Shown here piece by piece: positions 40,160 to 53,200 of a stretch of 64,000 bases of DNA. The first letter of the stretch is position 1. Each line of letters begins with the position of its first letter. Under the pieces are notes generated by a model. The model was not told where the DNA came from, searched no databases, and saw only the letters and a program-made list of their open reading frames with translations. The stretch comes from Paraspadella gotoi (taxonomy: Eukaryota > Animalia > Chaetognatha). The translations under genes and the position numbers were made by a program. The DNA lies in NCBI GenBank assembly GCA_051294375.1, contig CM119266.1, positions 2,131,200-2,195,199 on the forward strand. Reading direction: 5' to 3'.

Positions 40160-40897
40160 TGTGGCAGCAAGACTTAAAGCTGCCTCACTGCAGTCCGTCT
40201 ACAGCCTCGTCTTAATGGCTGAGCAGGCTAAATCATCTCATTCCATCCGTGCGTCCCGGGTTCAATCCCTGGGTATCCCGGTTCTGGCTTAAATGTGACG
40301 GTGCCGGTATAAACATGCCAGTGACAGGAGGCGGTCACTGAGGGTCCGCAGCCCCTATGCCAGTTGGTGAGATACCCCGCGCCCCGGGTATCACAGGTTA
40401 TCCTCCCGTTGCCATAAGTGGTGAGCCCTACTCTTGAATACGCAACCGCTGCGCACCGTGCGCCCATGCTTACGTCGCTTAGGGTATGCATATCACGCCT
40501 ATGCCCTACTTCTCTGGTAACGATCCAGACTCGCTCGCTCGCTCGCCCGCTCGATCTCACTATGGCAATGAGATCAAAACCTTCTCTCAGACATCTCCTC
40601 AGGATTGAGGCCCCTGTGGAGAAGTCTGGTGGGGGGATCCTGTGGCAGCAAGACTTAAAGCTGCCTCACTGCTGTCCGTCTTCAGCCTCGTCTTAATGGC
40701 TGAGCAGGCTAGATCATCTCATTCCATCCGTGCGTCCCGGGTTCAATCCCTGGGTATCCCGGTTCTGGCTTAAATGTGACGGTGCCGGTATAAACATGCC
40801 AGTGACAGGAAGCGGTCACTGAGGGTCCGCAGCCCCTATGCCAGTTGGTGAGATACCCCGCGCCCCGGGTATCACAGGCTATCCTCCCGTTGCCATA
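40160..40897 (+). mobile_element. Non-autonomous miniature LTR retrotransposon (TRIM-like), 738 bp
   Basis: 257-bp LTRs at 40160-40416 and 40641-40897 (5 substitutions counted). Termini TGTGGCA..TGCCATA; PBS-like TGGTGAGCCC at 40419; PPT GGTGGGGGGA just before LTR2; TSD GTAT at 40156-40159 and 40898-40901; 224-bp non-coding interior. Confidence 0.9.
40216..40272 (+). promoter_or_regulatory. tRNA-type internal Pol III promoter (A box, B box/T-arm) inside the TRIM LTR; repeated in LTR2 at ~40697-40753
   Basis: TGGCTGAGCAGG (40216-40227) and GGTTCAATCC (40259-40268), 31 nt apart. The B box lies in a T-arm CCGGG-TTCAATC-CCTGG. Confidence 0.65.
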
Positions 40898-41117
40898 GTA
40901 TATTTTTATATTTTAATCCAAGATGTAACTAAAATTCATATGTTAAGTTCCTTGTTGAACTATTTCTCATATATCGATTCATTATAGAATAGGTGACGGA
41001 ATCATCTGCAAAATGCAAATGAGGCCACATGATTATACACAAAATTGTAAACTTATATATCTTATTATATTATATCTATTACCTATTAATTTCATGCAAT
41101 ATGGGTGAGAGAGGACC

Positions 41118-41250
41118 TGTGATAGAGGTGACAGAATGAATTGTGATAGAGGTGACAGTATGAACTGTGATAGAGGTGACAGAATGAATTGTGATAGAGG
41201 TGACAGTATGAACTGTGATAGAGGTGACAGAATGAACTGTGATAGAGGTG
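41118..41250. repeat. 24-bp tandem repeat (tgtgatagaggtgacagaatgaat), ~5.5 copies
   Basis: Directly visible. Confidence 0.9.
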
Positions 41251-41329
41251 ATTGGCGAAAGCGTCCCACGAGGCCACTGGATGAAATGCTACTTCGATCG
41301 GAATCCGGATTTTCGCGTCGTGGGAGTCA

Positions 41330-41719
41330 TTAGGAGAACCGAGGGTCATTAGCAGTCGTCTGCTTGGAATCGTCGTCGTTGGCGTCGTTGGCGTTGGCGT
41401 TGGCGTTGGCGTTGGCGTTGTTGTCGTTGACGTTGGTGTCGTCATATGTGTTTGCATTGTTGGTGTCATAATCCTTGTCAGCATCGTCTTGAGCGTTGTT
41501 GACTTTTTCATTGGTGGCATTATCGTTGTTGTTGTCGTCGTCTTTGTCGTTGTCGTTGTAGTTGGCGTCGTCGTCCTCAAAGTTGTTGTCGACGTCAACT
41601 TCATTGGCGTCTTTGTCGATGGCGCTGTTGGTGCCTTCGTTATTAGTTCCTCTAACATCTTTTACAGTTTCTTTGGCCTCATTTCCCTGAGAGTTTTTAT
41701 CTGGATATGGTAATCGGTA
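41330..41719 (-). CDS. Possible terminal exon encoding an Asp/Asn-rich acidic low-complexity peptide
   Basis: ttttag acceptor, then 130 codons YRLPYPDKNSQGNEAKETVKDV...DNNFEDDDANYNDNDKDDDNNND...NDPRFS-TAA. Upstream donor-like sites near 41856-41880. Confidence 0.4.
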   Translation of the reverse strand, partial: YRLPYPDKNSQGNEAKETVKDVRGTNNEGTNSAIDKDANEVDVDNNFEDDDANYNDNDKDDDNNNDNATNEKVNNAQDDADKDYDTNNANTYDDTNVNDNNANANANANANDANDDDSKQTTANDPRFS

Positions 41720-42164
41720 CTAAAATATTTTAAGTACTAAATATTGTAATATTTTCCTTACATTCTCCTATATGAAACCAGACACCATATTTTTAAATCT
41801 ATTTTAATTCCCTTTTAATTCCTCTCCCCAGTTTTTCCAACCTTTCCCAGATAAACTTACCCGGAGGTTTTTTTCACTCACCTCGGCTTCGGCCTTTCGA
41901 CTCCCATAAGCCTCATTTGCATATGAATTCTAATGAGTGGAGAAACTCACTGATCCTTTCGCCTTTGCCTTCTCCTTGATTCCGGGACCGGAGATTTTAT
42001 ATATATATATATAAGTTTTACTAGTTTATATTTTTACGATTTTGTTTTAAATTTTTTATATTTGTTTATTTTGTTTTGTTTTATTTTTGGGGGGAATTTA
42101 CTAATGTGATTTAATTTATTGAATAGATTAGTTCTTCTTTTCTCTCTCTCTCTCTCTCTCTCTC

Positions 42165-42219
<55 letters not shown>

Positions 42220-42324
42220 ACATCAAACCTGCACCAACTTCCCTCCCTTTCATTTCCTTTCAATTGTGATCGTCCATTTTTCTTCTTGGACGTCGACTTA
42301 CCGACTCTTTCTCTCTCTATCTCT

Positions 42325-42364
<40 letters not shown>

Positions 42365-42405
42365 GCTTTCTAAACGAGAAAAATCACGCGGTGATCGCCT
42401 TTTCT

Positions 42406-42436
<31 letters not shown>

Positions 42437-42732
42437 AAATCTGCGTTGGAAAAGGAGCGGAAGCAAATTAAGTTCCATATCGACGATTAATCTTGATTTT
42501 GGCGATTTTCTCTCTCATTCTCACTCCGTCTCTGTCTCATTCTCTCCCTCCTCACACCTTTCTCTCTCTCTCTCTCTTACACCCTCAATCACCCAGTCAT
42601 TCACTCAATCTCATCTTAAGTTTTTCTTAATTTCTCACTTTCCTTTTTCCTTTCCTTTCTCCTTTTCTTATTCCTTATCATTATTCTTTTTTCTTTTTCC
42701 TTCACTTCTTCTTACCTCCTTTCTAACTCCTA

Positions 42733-42859
<127 letters not shown>

Positions 42860-42962
42860 AATGACTTCGATTAAAGGGGAGAGGCCGGAGGAGAGGGGAG
42901 AGAAGTTGAGGCGACGGACGAAAGATTCCGACTCAATTGGTTTTCCCACTTTTAGCCTTTTT

Positions 42963-43013
<51 letters not shown>

Positions 43014-43014
43014 C

Positions 43015-43062
<48 letters not shown>

Positions 43063-43735
43063 TCATTCTTTCTCTCTTTCTTTCTTTCTTACATTCTTTA
43101 ATTATTTTTTCTTTTTTTCTTTCTTTCAATCTTTCTTTTTTTTATCAGCATTACTTTTTTCTTTTTTTTAACTTTATTACTTTCTTTTTCCTTTCTTTCC
43201 AACTTTCCCCACCCAACATTTAACTCAAATCACTTCCGCAAATCTGATTTTTTTTACTTGGTCCAGTTTTTTTCCTCCTTAATCATTTTTATTTCTCACA
43301 GACCGAAGGAGTTGCTTTTACTCCTTTCACCTTTTCCTTTATTATCCTCTCTCTCTCTCTCTCTCTTTCTCTTTCTTTCTCTCTTTCTCTCTCTCTCTCT
43401 TATCTTGTTTTATTCCCCTTTAGACCTTTCTCTTTCTCTCTCCCTTTACACTCCTTTCCTTTCTTCAATATAATGTCCATCCCTCTATCCATCTATCCAT
43501 CCATCCCCCAATCCACTTTTACCTCTTTTCCTTTCAATATTTCCTCCCCAATCAAAACCACTTTCCTTCCTTTAACCTTTCACTTTCTCCTCCTCCTCCC
43601 CTCCTCTTCTTCTTCTCTTCCTCTTCCCCTTCAAACCCCCCCCCCAACTTTCAAGTTATGGCTGGAAAAGCCTCATTTCCTAATTGCTTCAAATTGGTAC
43701 ACGTCGTTTTTGGGTGGAGGAAGTCTTTCTCCAAA

Positions 43736-43816
<81 letters not shown>

Positions 43817-44084
43817 TATCCATGCGAGAATTTTCTCTCTTTTCACGTCGAGCGCATATCAAACGGTTTCTATTCTCCTCCTCCTCCTCTTCCTCCCTCC
43901 TCCCTCCCCCTTTTCCCCCTCCTCCTACTCCTCCTTTTCGTATCCATGACGATGGATGCCGTTTTTGATGATTTTGTTGATCCAGTAACCAAGGCGACGC
44001 CCTCGTTCCTTTTCCTCTCTTAAGCGCCGCCCCTTATCCTTACATCCCCCCCTTTCCCCACTTGTGGATTAGATATTGTGAGAC

Positions 44085-44176
<92 letters not shown>

Positions 44177-44243
44177 GAGGTGGCGAGTTTCGATGATGAC
44201 TCGGATTGAAACCGACGGATTAAGCGAATTGCCAATTTCGGCG

Positions 44244-44336
<93 letters not shown>

Positions 44337-44452
44337 AGAGGACGCGATTTAGGAAATTTCACGGTTAGATTCGACGTCGACTCTGATATAAAGTCAGGGC
44401 AAGATAGCTTTATTTATTAAATGAATGGATAATTTTTATATTGGTTGTACCA

Positions 44453-44490
<38 letters not shown>

Positions 44491-44969
44491 TTTATTTTAT
44501 TTACTTTATTCTTTTATTATTTTTTTTATTTTTGTTCAAATAATTTGAAATTTTGTGAGAGTTTGCCACATCACGAGTCTTTGTTGTATTTTTCTGATAG
44601 CTTATCAACGCGAATTCGATTCACTCGTCTTCCGATCTATGTCATCCCATATTAGGTCAGATCGTGAAAAGCGGAGATCTCGAAAAAGGCGACTAGTCTT
44701 TTCTTCTTCTCGCTGTCCTTCTTTCTCTTCCTTTTTCTACTCTTCCTTTCTTTCCTTCTTTTTTCTCTTTCCTCTTTTTCTTTTCTCTTTCGACGAGAAT
44801 CCCTCGCGATTCGCAACACGAGTCGGTCTCCATCATCCTCACCTTTCTCACCCAATCGAAACATCATCATCATCATCATCACATCATCATCATCATCATC
44901 ATATCATAATCATCATCATCATCATAATCATCATCATCATCATCATAATCATCATCATCATCATCATTT

Positions 44970-45505
44970 TACCTTCTTTCCTTTTCGCCCCTTTTCTCTC
45001 CTTTACTTCCTTTCCTCCCTTTTCACTCTCCTTTACTTTCCTTTCCCTCCTTTTCTCTCTTCTTTTACTTTCCTTTCCCCTTTTCTCTTCTCCTTTACTT
45101 TACTTTCCTCCCTTTTCTCTCTCCTTACTTTCCCTTCCTCCCGTTCACTTCTTTACTTTCCTTTCCTCACCATTTTCTTCTCCTTACTTCCTTTCCCCCC
45201 TTTTCTCTCTCCTTTACTTTACTTTCCTCCCTTTTCTCTCTCCTTACTTTCCATTCCTCCCGTTTCACTTTCCTTTACTTTCCTTTCCTCCCTTTTCTCT
45301 CTCCTTACTTCCCTTTCCCCCCTTTTCTCTCTCCTTTACTTTACTTTCCTCCCTTTTCTCTCTCCTTACTTTCCTTTCCTCCCTTTTCACTCTCCTTTAC
45401 TTTCCTTTCCCTCCTTTTCACTCTCCTTTACTTTCCTTTCCTCCCTTTTCTCTCTCTTTTACTTTCCTTTCCTCCCTTTTCTCTCTCCTTTACTTTCCTT
45501 TACCT
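44970..45505. repeat. Pyrimidine-rich degenerate minisatellite (tttactttcctttcctcccttttctctctcc)
   Basis: Many imperfect copies. Confidence 0.85.
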
Positions 45506-45628
45506 TCCTCCACTCATAATTTTTTTTCCCACACACGAATCGCGTCTCAATCTCTAATCCTCGGTTTGATCTGACGCCTTTTAACTTTGGTCGTTACGGC
45601 ATTAAAGGCATTAACGGCATTTCGCCAT

Positions 45629-45676
<48 letters not shown>

Positions 45677-45756
45677 CTTTTGAAATTCCTTTCGATTCCA
45701 TCGAGATTCGAAAGGAGAGATTTTTCTTGAGGATCGAGTTTTGGCGACGAGTTTAA

Positions 45757-46097
45757 AGCGATGAGTGAGAAGCGATGAGTGAGAAGCGATTATGAGTGAG
45801 AGAAGCGATGAAGTGAGAGAAGCGATGGTGTGAGAACGATGGTATGCTGAGGTAAGCGAGGAGTGAGAACGTATGAGTAAGAAGCGCCTGAGGAGAAAGC
45901 GTATGGCGTAGAAAGCGAGGGAGTGAGAAGCGATGGTGTGGGAAGCGATGATGTGAGAAGCGATGGGAAGAAAAGCGATGAGTGGGAACCGATGGGTGAG
46001 ATGCGAATGGGTGATGAGAAGCGATGAGTGAGAAGCGATGGGAGAATAAGCGATGAGTAAGAACCTATGGGTGAGATGCGATGGGTGAGAAGCGATG
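45757..46097. repeat. Degenerate ~14-bp tandem repeat (gagaagcgatgagt)
   Basis: Directly visible. Confidence 0.85.
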
Positions 46098-46349
46098 AAC
46101 GCCAATCCAACTGGGTCTCAAAAGTGCCGTTTGTGATGTGTACTGGAATAAGCGATGGTTCTAAGAGCAGTCTGGTGGTGCAATAGTGATGTGGGTTCCA
46201 CAGTGTGTCACGCAATGAGCAGAGAAGGGTTACAAGTGTGCGTGCCAGGAAGAAAACCAATGCTTGGAGTCTCTACATGCTAAAGAAAAGAGAGTAAAGT
46301 CAATGTTGTGTGGAGGCAAAAGTCCGACATGGAGAGTTGTCGACGGAAG

Positions 46350-46901
46350 TCTGAAAGTGTCTCGCGTCTGCGTCGCGCGCGTCGCGCGCGTCTGCTGTGC
46401 CTGGTGTGGCCTGTGTGCCCGCCGTGTGCTGTTGTGGCGTGTCTGTCTGGTGTCGCGCTGCGGCGCGCTGCTGCGCGCGCGTGTCTCGTGCCACTCGCGC
46501 GTCGTCTGCGTGCAATGGGCTAAGCGTCTCGTCCCGCTCAATTGGCCAGGTAGGCAGTTTAATTCAGTCCGCGGCTGTGAAAAACAAAATGGTGGGTCAA
46601 AAAGAAAAATAAAGGCCAGGAAAGGCCGTAAAAAGGTGTGGCAAAGTGTGGCGTGCTGTAAAGTCGGAACGGCCGGGCGTCGGCGTGTCGGCAGTCGGCG
46701 GGACGTGCTGGCAGCGGCGGTCGGCGGCGGCTTGTCGTGCGTCGGCGTGCGTGGATGTAGGTGAGTGGCGGCGGTAGGCGGCATGCGTGTGGCAGGCGTG
46801 CTGGCCTGTGGTCGGCATGTGAAGGCGATCGAAGTCCGAAGTGTCGTTGCCGGCAAAGATGTTGTGAGCGCGTGGAGAGGAGTATGTCACAAGTTAGAGA
46901 T

Positions 46902-46991
<90 letters not shown>

Positions 46992-48293
46992 AGAGAGAGA
47001 AACCGGTGTAAAAGCGTGGCCCCTGCCAAGTGTGGCAAAACAACAAAAAGAAAACAGGTGCGCATGCGGTGCTGCTGCGCGTCTGCTCGTCGCGCGTCGC
47101 GCGTCGCGCTCTGCGTCTGCTGCGCGTCGCTGCTCGCGCGCGTCTGCGTCTGCGCGCTGTCGGCGCGCGCTGCGCTGGCGGCGGCCGAGGGTTGCGAACC
47201 GACGACGCTGCAGTAACCGCGGGCACGCGCGCGGCACGGGACGGCTCCTGCGTGACGCACTGACCCAGACCCAGCGGGCGGTGTCGCGTGCGATATGGAC
47301 GTGGGGCAGAGCGGGCGAAAGGAAACGCGAAACTGCATGGAAAAAGCGGGTACGTGAGGTGCCGCCGGAAGTAGGTCAGTGCGACCAGCTACCCAATCGG
47401 GGCGTGATGCGCGCGGGGCTGCAGATGCCGTAGGATGGTCGGTCGGGGGAGGGAAAGGAAGGCGGTCACAGGAGAATGATGGTGCAGCGAGTCGGGTGAG
47501 GTAGGGCATGTGGTGCAGGCGGGATGCACGGGAGAGTCGCGGAAGGTATAACAGTGGGAGAAGTGTAAGCAAAGACACAAGTGCGTAGTCATGTCGCAGG
47601 AGGCAGGAAGTCAAAGTGCGTGGACGTATGCAGTTGAGGGCGAAAGAGTAAGTAGCTGAAAGAAGAGTCAGTGTAAGGAAAAGTCAGATATATATTGTTG
47701 AANNNNNNNNNNNNNNNNNNNNNNNNNTCTCCCTCCTACTCTCTCTGCTCTCTCATCTCTCTTCTCTCTCGTCTCTCTCTCTCTCTCCTCTCTCTCTCTG
47801 TCTCTCTCTCTCTCTCCTCTCTCCTCTCTCTTACAATCTTCAATCTCTCTCCCTCGCAATGGCCAATGGATAATATCATCTCGTCTTAAAAAACAAAAGT
47901 TACAAAATAAAAAAAGGCCCAAAAAAGTCTAAAGTCATACGTCTAAATTCGGAACTCCGGCGTCGGGTCGTCATCGTCGGCGTCGATCATCGTCGATCGT
48001 CGGCGTCGTCGTCGTACATACTTATTTCGTGTCGTAGTCGTCGTTTTGCAGTCGTCTTCCTTTCTCATGAAGCGACGAATCGAATTTCGTTTCCGGTCAA
48101 AGATTTTTTAATCGCGTGAGCAGGAGGATCACAATTAGAGAGAGAGAGATAGAGAGACGAGATGAGAGGATGAGAGAGACGAGAAGAGAGACCGAGCAGA
48201 GAGAGAGAGAGAGAGAGCAGAGAGAGAAAGCCCTTTAAAAAGCTTTCCTCCCTCCCACAAGTGGCCCAACAACAAAAAGAAAATGCGCACTCT

Positions 48294-48340
<47 letters not shown>

Positions 48341-48345
48341 CTCCT

Positions 48346-48386
<41 letters not shown>

Positions 48387-48850
48387 AGGTTGCCGAACCT
48401 AACGACGCGCAGTAACCTCGCACGCCCCGGCACGCGCTGGTCACGTGACTTCGCCTCGTACGCACGACCCAGACCCAGCGTGCGTTTCTCGTGCGAGACG
48501 TGTGCAGAGGTCGAAAGTAACGCGAAACTCATTAAAAATCTGTTACTTATTTCCGTCCGGATATTATTCTACCAGCGACGCCATCTGGTCGTGGTCGCTC
48601 TTTGTCGCAGATCCTTGTATTTCGTCGTTGTAGTGAAATTAATTCGTCACGATAATTAGTTGTTCATCTTCGGTTATTATTGTGCATTTGTTCATTCTGT
48701 ATCACTTTAGATCGCTTAATTATAACATGTTATAATTAAGCAAAGAACACAGTCTATCATCGCAGGAGGCAGGAAATCAAGTCTTTGACTATCATTATTT
48801 CTAAATATAATAGCTAAATAAGATCAGTAAGTAAAATCAGTAAAATCTAA
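46350..48850. other. Direct duplication across the gap at 47703-47727; left copy shows a systematic T-to-G bias
   Basis: Colinear anchors, e.g. gccgagggttgcgaaccgacgacgctgcagtaacc vs ccgaggttgccgaacctaacgacgcgcagtaacc, and cgcaggaggcaggaagtcaa vs cgcaggaggcaggaaatcaa. Confidence 0.75.
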
Positions 48851-49444
48851 TAAGTAAGTTTAGATCATAAGCCATCATCCATATTTTTCATTAAAGATCT
48901 TTCTCTTTGTCGATCTCCCTCATCTTTTTTTTCTGATGAAGCAAAGAGAACGAAATTGTTCTCTTGTTTTCTTGTTTTCTTGTTTTTGTTGGAATTTCTA
49001 AAGACCACTTCCGTCAACAATTTGAATTTCTAAAGAGCACTTCCATCAACAATAACCTAAAAATCCAATCCTCTCTTTTTTACGACCAACAGATGGAACT
49101 ATATTTCGTTGCTAAAAATAACCTGAAAACTCACACGCGCCAAAACCCACACAAAATCCTCTCGTTCGCTCACACTCGCTCATTTCTTTCACAAACAAAA
49201 ATGCGTTTTGATTTATCGGCGGAAATTTATCACTTGTTTGCATCTCGCTCATTTTGTTTGCATCTTGACGTCGTGTTTGCATTTTGCGAGAGGATGACCG
49301 CATCTCTTCTATGCGTCGAATTGAAACTGATCTTTCGTCGTCGTCGTCGTCATTGTCGTCGTCGTCGTCGTCGTCGTCATTGTCGTGGGTCATCGTAGCG
49401 TAAACAAACAAAGCGTCGAGAGGATCTTTTGTTCGTCCTGATTA

Positions 49445-49558
<114 letters not shown>

Positions 49559-50280
49559 GTGTTTCCGCGTTAATTAGTGGAACTTTAAGTCTCAGACTTC
49601 GTTTTGTAACAATCAAACAAAAAAAAAGAAAAATAGGAATTCTTCATTTCATTCTCTTTTTTTTCGCAGCAGAGAGAAAATGATTTTCTATAGTTTCACT
49701 TACTTTAAATTGATTGATTGATTGGTTAGGGTTTCGATTGTTTAATTCATAAATTGGCTGACTTATTGATTGATAGCTTTTTCTTTATTTTTTTATCTCC
49801 TTTTTCAGTATAAAAGCAAAATAGAACCAAAACCCTAATACCTAATCTTGACCTTTAAAGCTTCAAACAATATTTAATTTTGAAAATGGGAACTTTTGAA
49901 AAACATGGCCCAATTTATTTTTTTATCCTATGATATAAAACCGGATCAACATCTGGTTTTTTCCGATGAAACAATTTCGTGCGTCGGCGCTGAGTCCCAA
50001 AATCGAGAAGGTAAGTTACGGAGGAGCGAGGAAGCTGAAGCTTTTAACATTTTTTAACACATAAAAAAAAAACATAAATGTTTTGGTAACCGGTAAGTTT
50101 TCTTTCAGATTCTCGGTAAAAATCATTGTTTTTTACCCTTTTTGTTCTTCTACATGGAATTTAAAAAATGAAAATTAAAAATATAAGAATAAGAAATGTA
50201 GTAAAAAAAAAACACTACGTAAACATTAAATTGAAATCCATAAATGAAGATTTTTATCAATAAATTTGGACGAATAGAAA

Positions 50281-53200
50281 ATGGCGCCAAATGAAGGCGC
50301 GACGAAGCCGCCTCACGACAACGCCGCTTTCGATGAAGTTTCGAATGGTGGCGCCATGGATCATCCGAACAGAGCGTCGATCGGAGAATTCATCGGTCAT
50401 CCGATCATTAAGAGGAGAAACGATTGTGGATGTAAGGGGAAATCTGTTTTCGCTTTATTTCTTTTGTTTTGTTTTGTTTTGGTTTTTTTAAAGATCTTTT
50501 TGCCTTCCTCTTCATAATCAATTAATCTAGTTTTTTGGACGGAGTTTCTTTGAAGGAAATAATTCATTTCACATGACACATTTGTAATTTGGACTGCCTT
50601 GAAAAGTGATTTTCCTTTGTTAATCTAAATATTTGAAAAATCACTTGGAATTTCCACAAGAAACTCTATCTGAATACCAACAAATCTGAGTATGCAGGGT
50701 ATTGGCGACAAACAATGTTTATTTTTTTTTTTTACTTTCACGCAAAGGCGTCAAAGAATGCAGCGATGCCGTCAACCGAGCTTTGGAAACCTTTTGGTAC
50801 AAGATTGGATATTTTATAGGTGAGTGAGATCACCAGTCTCACCAGTATTCACTTGATGTATCCAGGAAAATTATTTACCAAAATTAAATTAGATACGCCT
50901 CGAAGCTTTATATCATCTAAAGCTTTGAGTGATATCAGGCCTGGCTCATAGAAAATATTTATTAGAGTCAGTTTAAGTAACACGTTTTACATTTTATGTA
51001 GTTTGTGGTAATTGTATTATCCGGACAGACCGACTAAAAAATGTCTCTTAATGGTCTCCGCGAAGACGATTTAATTAAAAACAAGAATTAAAACAGAAAT
51101 TGTATTCGATCGGCGAATAGAGCGAGTTCTTTTCAGGTTGTCATCCTTACGTGACGATCTTCGTCTCTGTTTTCGCCTCTTGCGTCTTCGTCATCGGAAT
51201 CGTAAAGTTTGACGAGGAAACTGATGCATCGAAATTGTGGGTGGCGAGGAATTCGGACATTATCTGGCAGCAGGAGTGGGTGACCAAAAACTTTCCCTCT
51301 AGGATGAGGTGAGGAATTGTGAGACTCGTTTCTGGTTAATGAGAAAAATATGCGGGGATGAGATTAGAATGAAGATAGTCCCTGAGCACAATGTCATTTT
51401 ATCAGAGAGATTGCAAAATTGGCATTTTACCATAAAAACATATTGTCTATTGTTTTATTGTTTTGTAATAATTCGAAAAAAATTACGCTTTTGTTAAACC
51501 TAATCTGCATCCAGAATACAGCAAATCCTCATGAAGGCACCAGAGGATGGAAACATTTTAACATCCGCGTCGATCGATACAATGATTGATATTGTGGACG
51601 AAATCAAAAACGTCTCTGCGAATAGTGTCCGGTCAGAATCAATTAAGAAAGATTTTGGCTTTTTAGGATGTGAGGTCAGTAGATGCTGAAATGTTGTATC
51701 ATTTCTCATTTTAAAATATTAAAATCTAAATACTTTATCCTTAGGCTTTACCAGATTTGTGGATGTCACAAAGATCTATCATCAATTCATTGACAGAGAC
51801 ACAAATCGCAGAAAAAGTCGGCGCCAATCAGATGTTTAAAAATATGATTGGTGAGCGGACGATGTTAGAAAGATATGAAGAGTTTAAAAGGAAACTATGG
51901 CAACAGCCGGGTTGCCTGTGATGCCCATTGGGATGGGGCATCTCACTGTTGGCTTTGGGGGCTTCCGACCCTCAGTGACGCCTACTGTCAGTGGCGCGGT
52001 TACCCTAAGACGGTCTCGCTTTGCCAACCCAGAGGGAAGTCGTTAGGACTGTTGATGGAACACAACGCCTGGGACTCTTATTTTCACGCTTGCTATGATT
52101 TTTCGTGTACAGGTGACATTAAATACGATGGGGACAACATTCAAAGGGCGGGAGCGGCTTCCATAACGTAAGAAGCCTTCATCATCTTTTCTCCTTTAAA
52201 TCAATTTTATGTACAAATTTGAGTTATAAAATTAACAAAGCCCTTTATTTCTGTAGGTGTGCTCTTTTGAGCGAAAAGGAGCTTGGAGACAACTCGGTCA
52301 CTGGACTAAACGTTTGGGAGGAGAACTTTGTTGGTCTATTTAATAAATCCGGCAGAGCAGAGAGGTATGGCTAAGATGAGGTCAAGTGGGGAAATGAGGT
52401 CAAGTGGGGAAGAGCAGAGAGGTATGGCTAAGATGAGGTCAAGTGGGGAAGAGCGGATAGGTATGGCTAAGATGAGGTCAAGTGGGGAAGAGCAGAGAGG
52501 TATGGCTAAGATGAGGTCAAGTGGGGAAGAGCGGAGAGGTATGGCTATGATGAGGTCAAGTGGGGAAGAGCGGAGAGGTATGGCTAAGATGAGGTCAAGT
52601 GGGGAAGAGCGGAGAGGTATGGCTAAGATGAGGTCAAGTGGGGAAGAGCAGAGAGGTATGGCTATGATGAGGTCAAGTGGGGAAGAGCGGAGAGGTATGG
52701 CTAAGATGAGGTCAAGTGGGGAAGAGCGGAGAGGTATGGCTAAGATGAGGTCAAGTGGGGAAGAGCGGAGAGGTATGGTTATGATGAGGTCAAGTGGGGA
52801 AGAGCGGAGAGGTATGGCTAAGATGAGGTCAAGTGGGGAAGAGCGGAAGGTATGGCTAGAAGAGCGGATAGGTATGGCTAATGATTGATGAGTTCAAGTG
52901 GGGAAGGCTGGGTTTACAGGAATGCGGGGATGGTGGGACAAAGAATTGTTAAAGATGGCGCATTGATTTTGGAGGGGAATGTAAAAAGGTGCAAAGAAGT
53001 TGATTGAAGATAAAGTTTTTTTATCTCTCCAATTCCTCATTTCAGTTTTGGTATGGAGAGACTCTACATATACAACACTTGGGCTCAGACTCGCGATTTC
53101 GCGGCCTCGATCCAGAGCGACCTTACCATGCTTTTTGCCGGCTTTGTCATCATCATCATCTTCGTCATGATCGTCTTGGGCGAATTCAACCGGTTGGGAC

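Noticed and set aside
40160-40416. Retrozyme (hammerhead-containing LTR)
   Set aside because: I found no CUGANGA..GAAA core or twister core on either strand of the LTR by eye.
46230-47614. Several GC-rich ORFs (up to 351 aa)
   Set aside because: They lie in the T-to-G-shifted duplicate and have no recognisable domain.
52328-52888. 186-aa repetitive ORF or CRISPR-like array
   Set aside because: Head-to-tail 33-bp minisatellite with no unique spacers, inside an intron of a eukaryotic gene.
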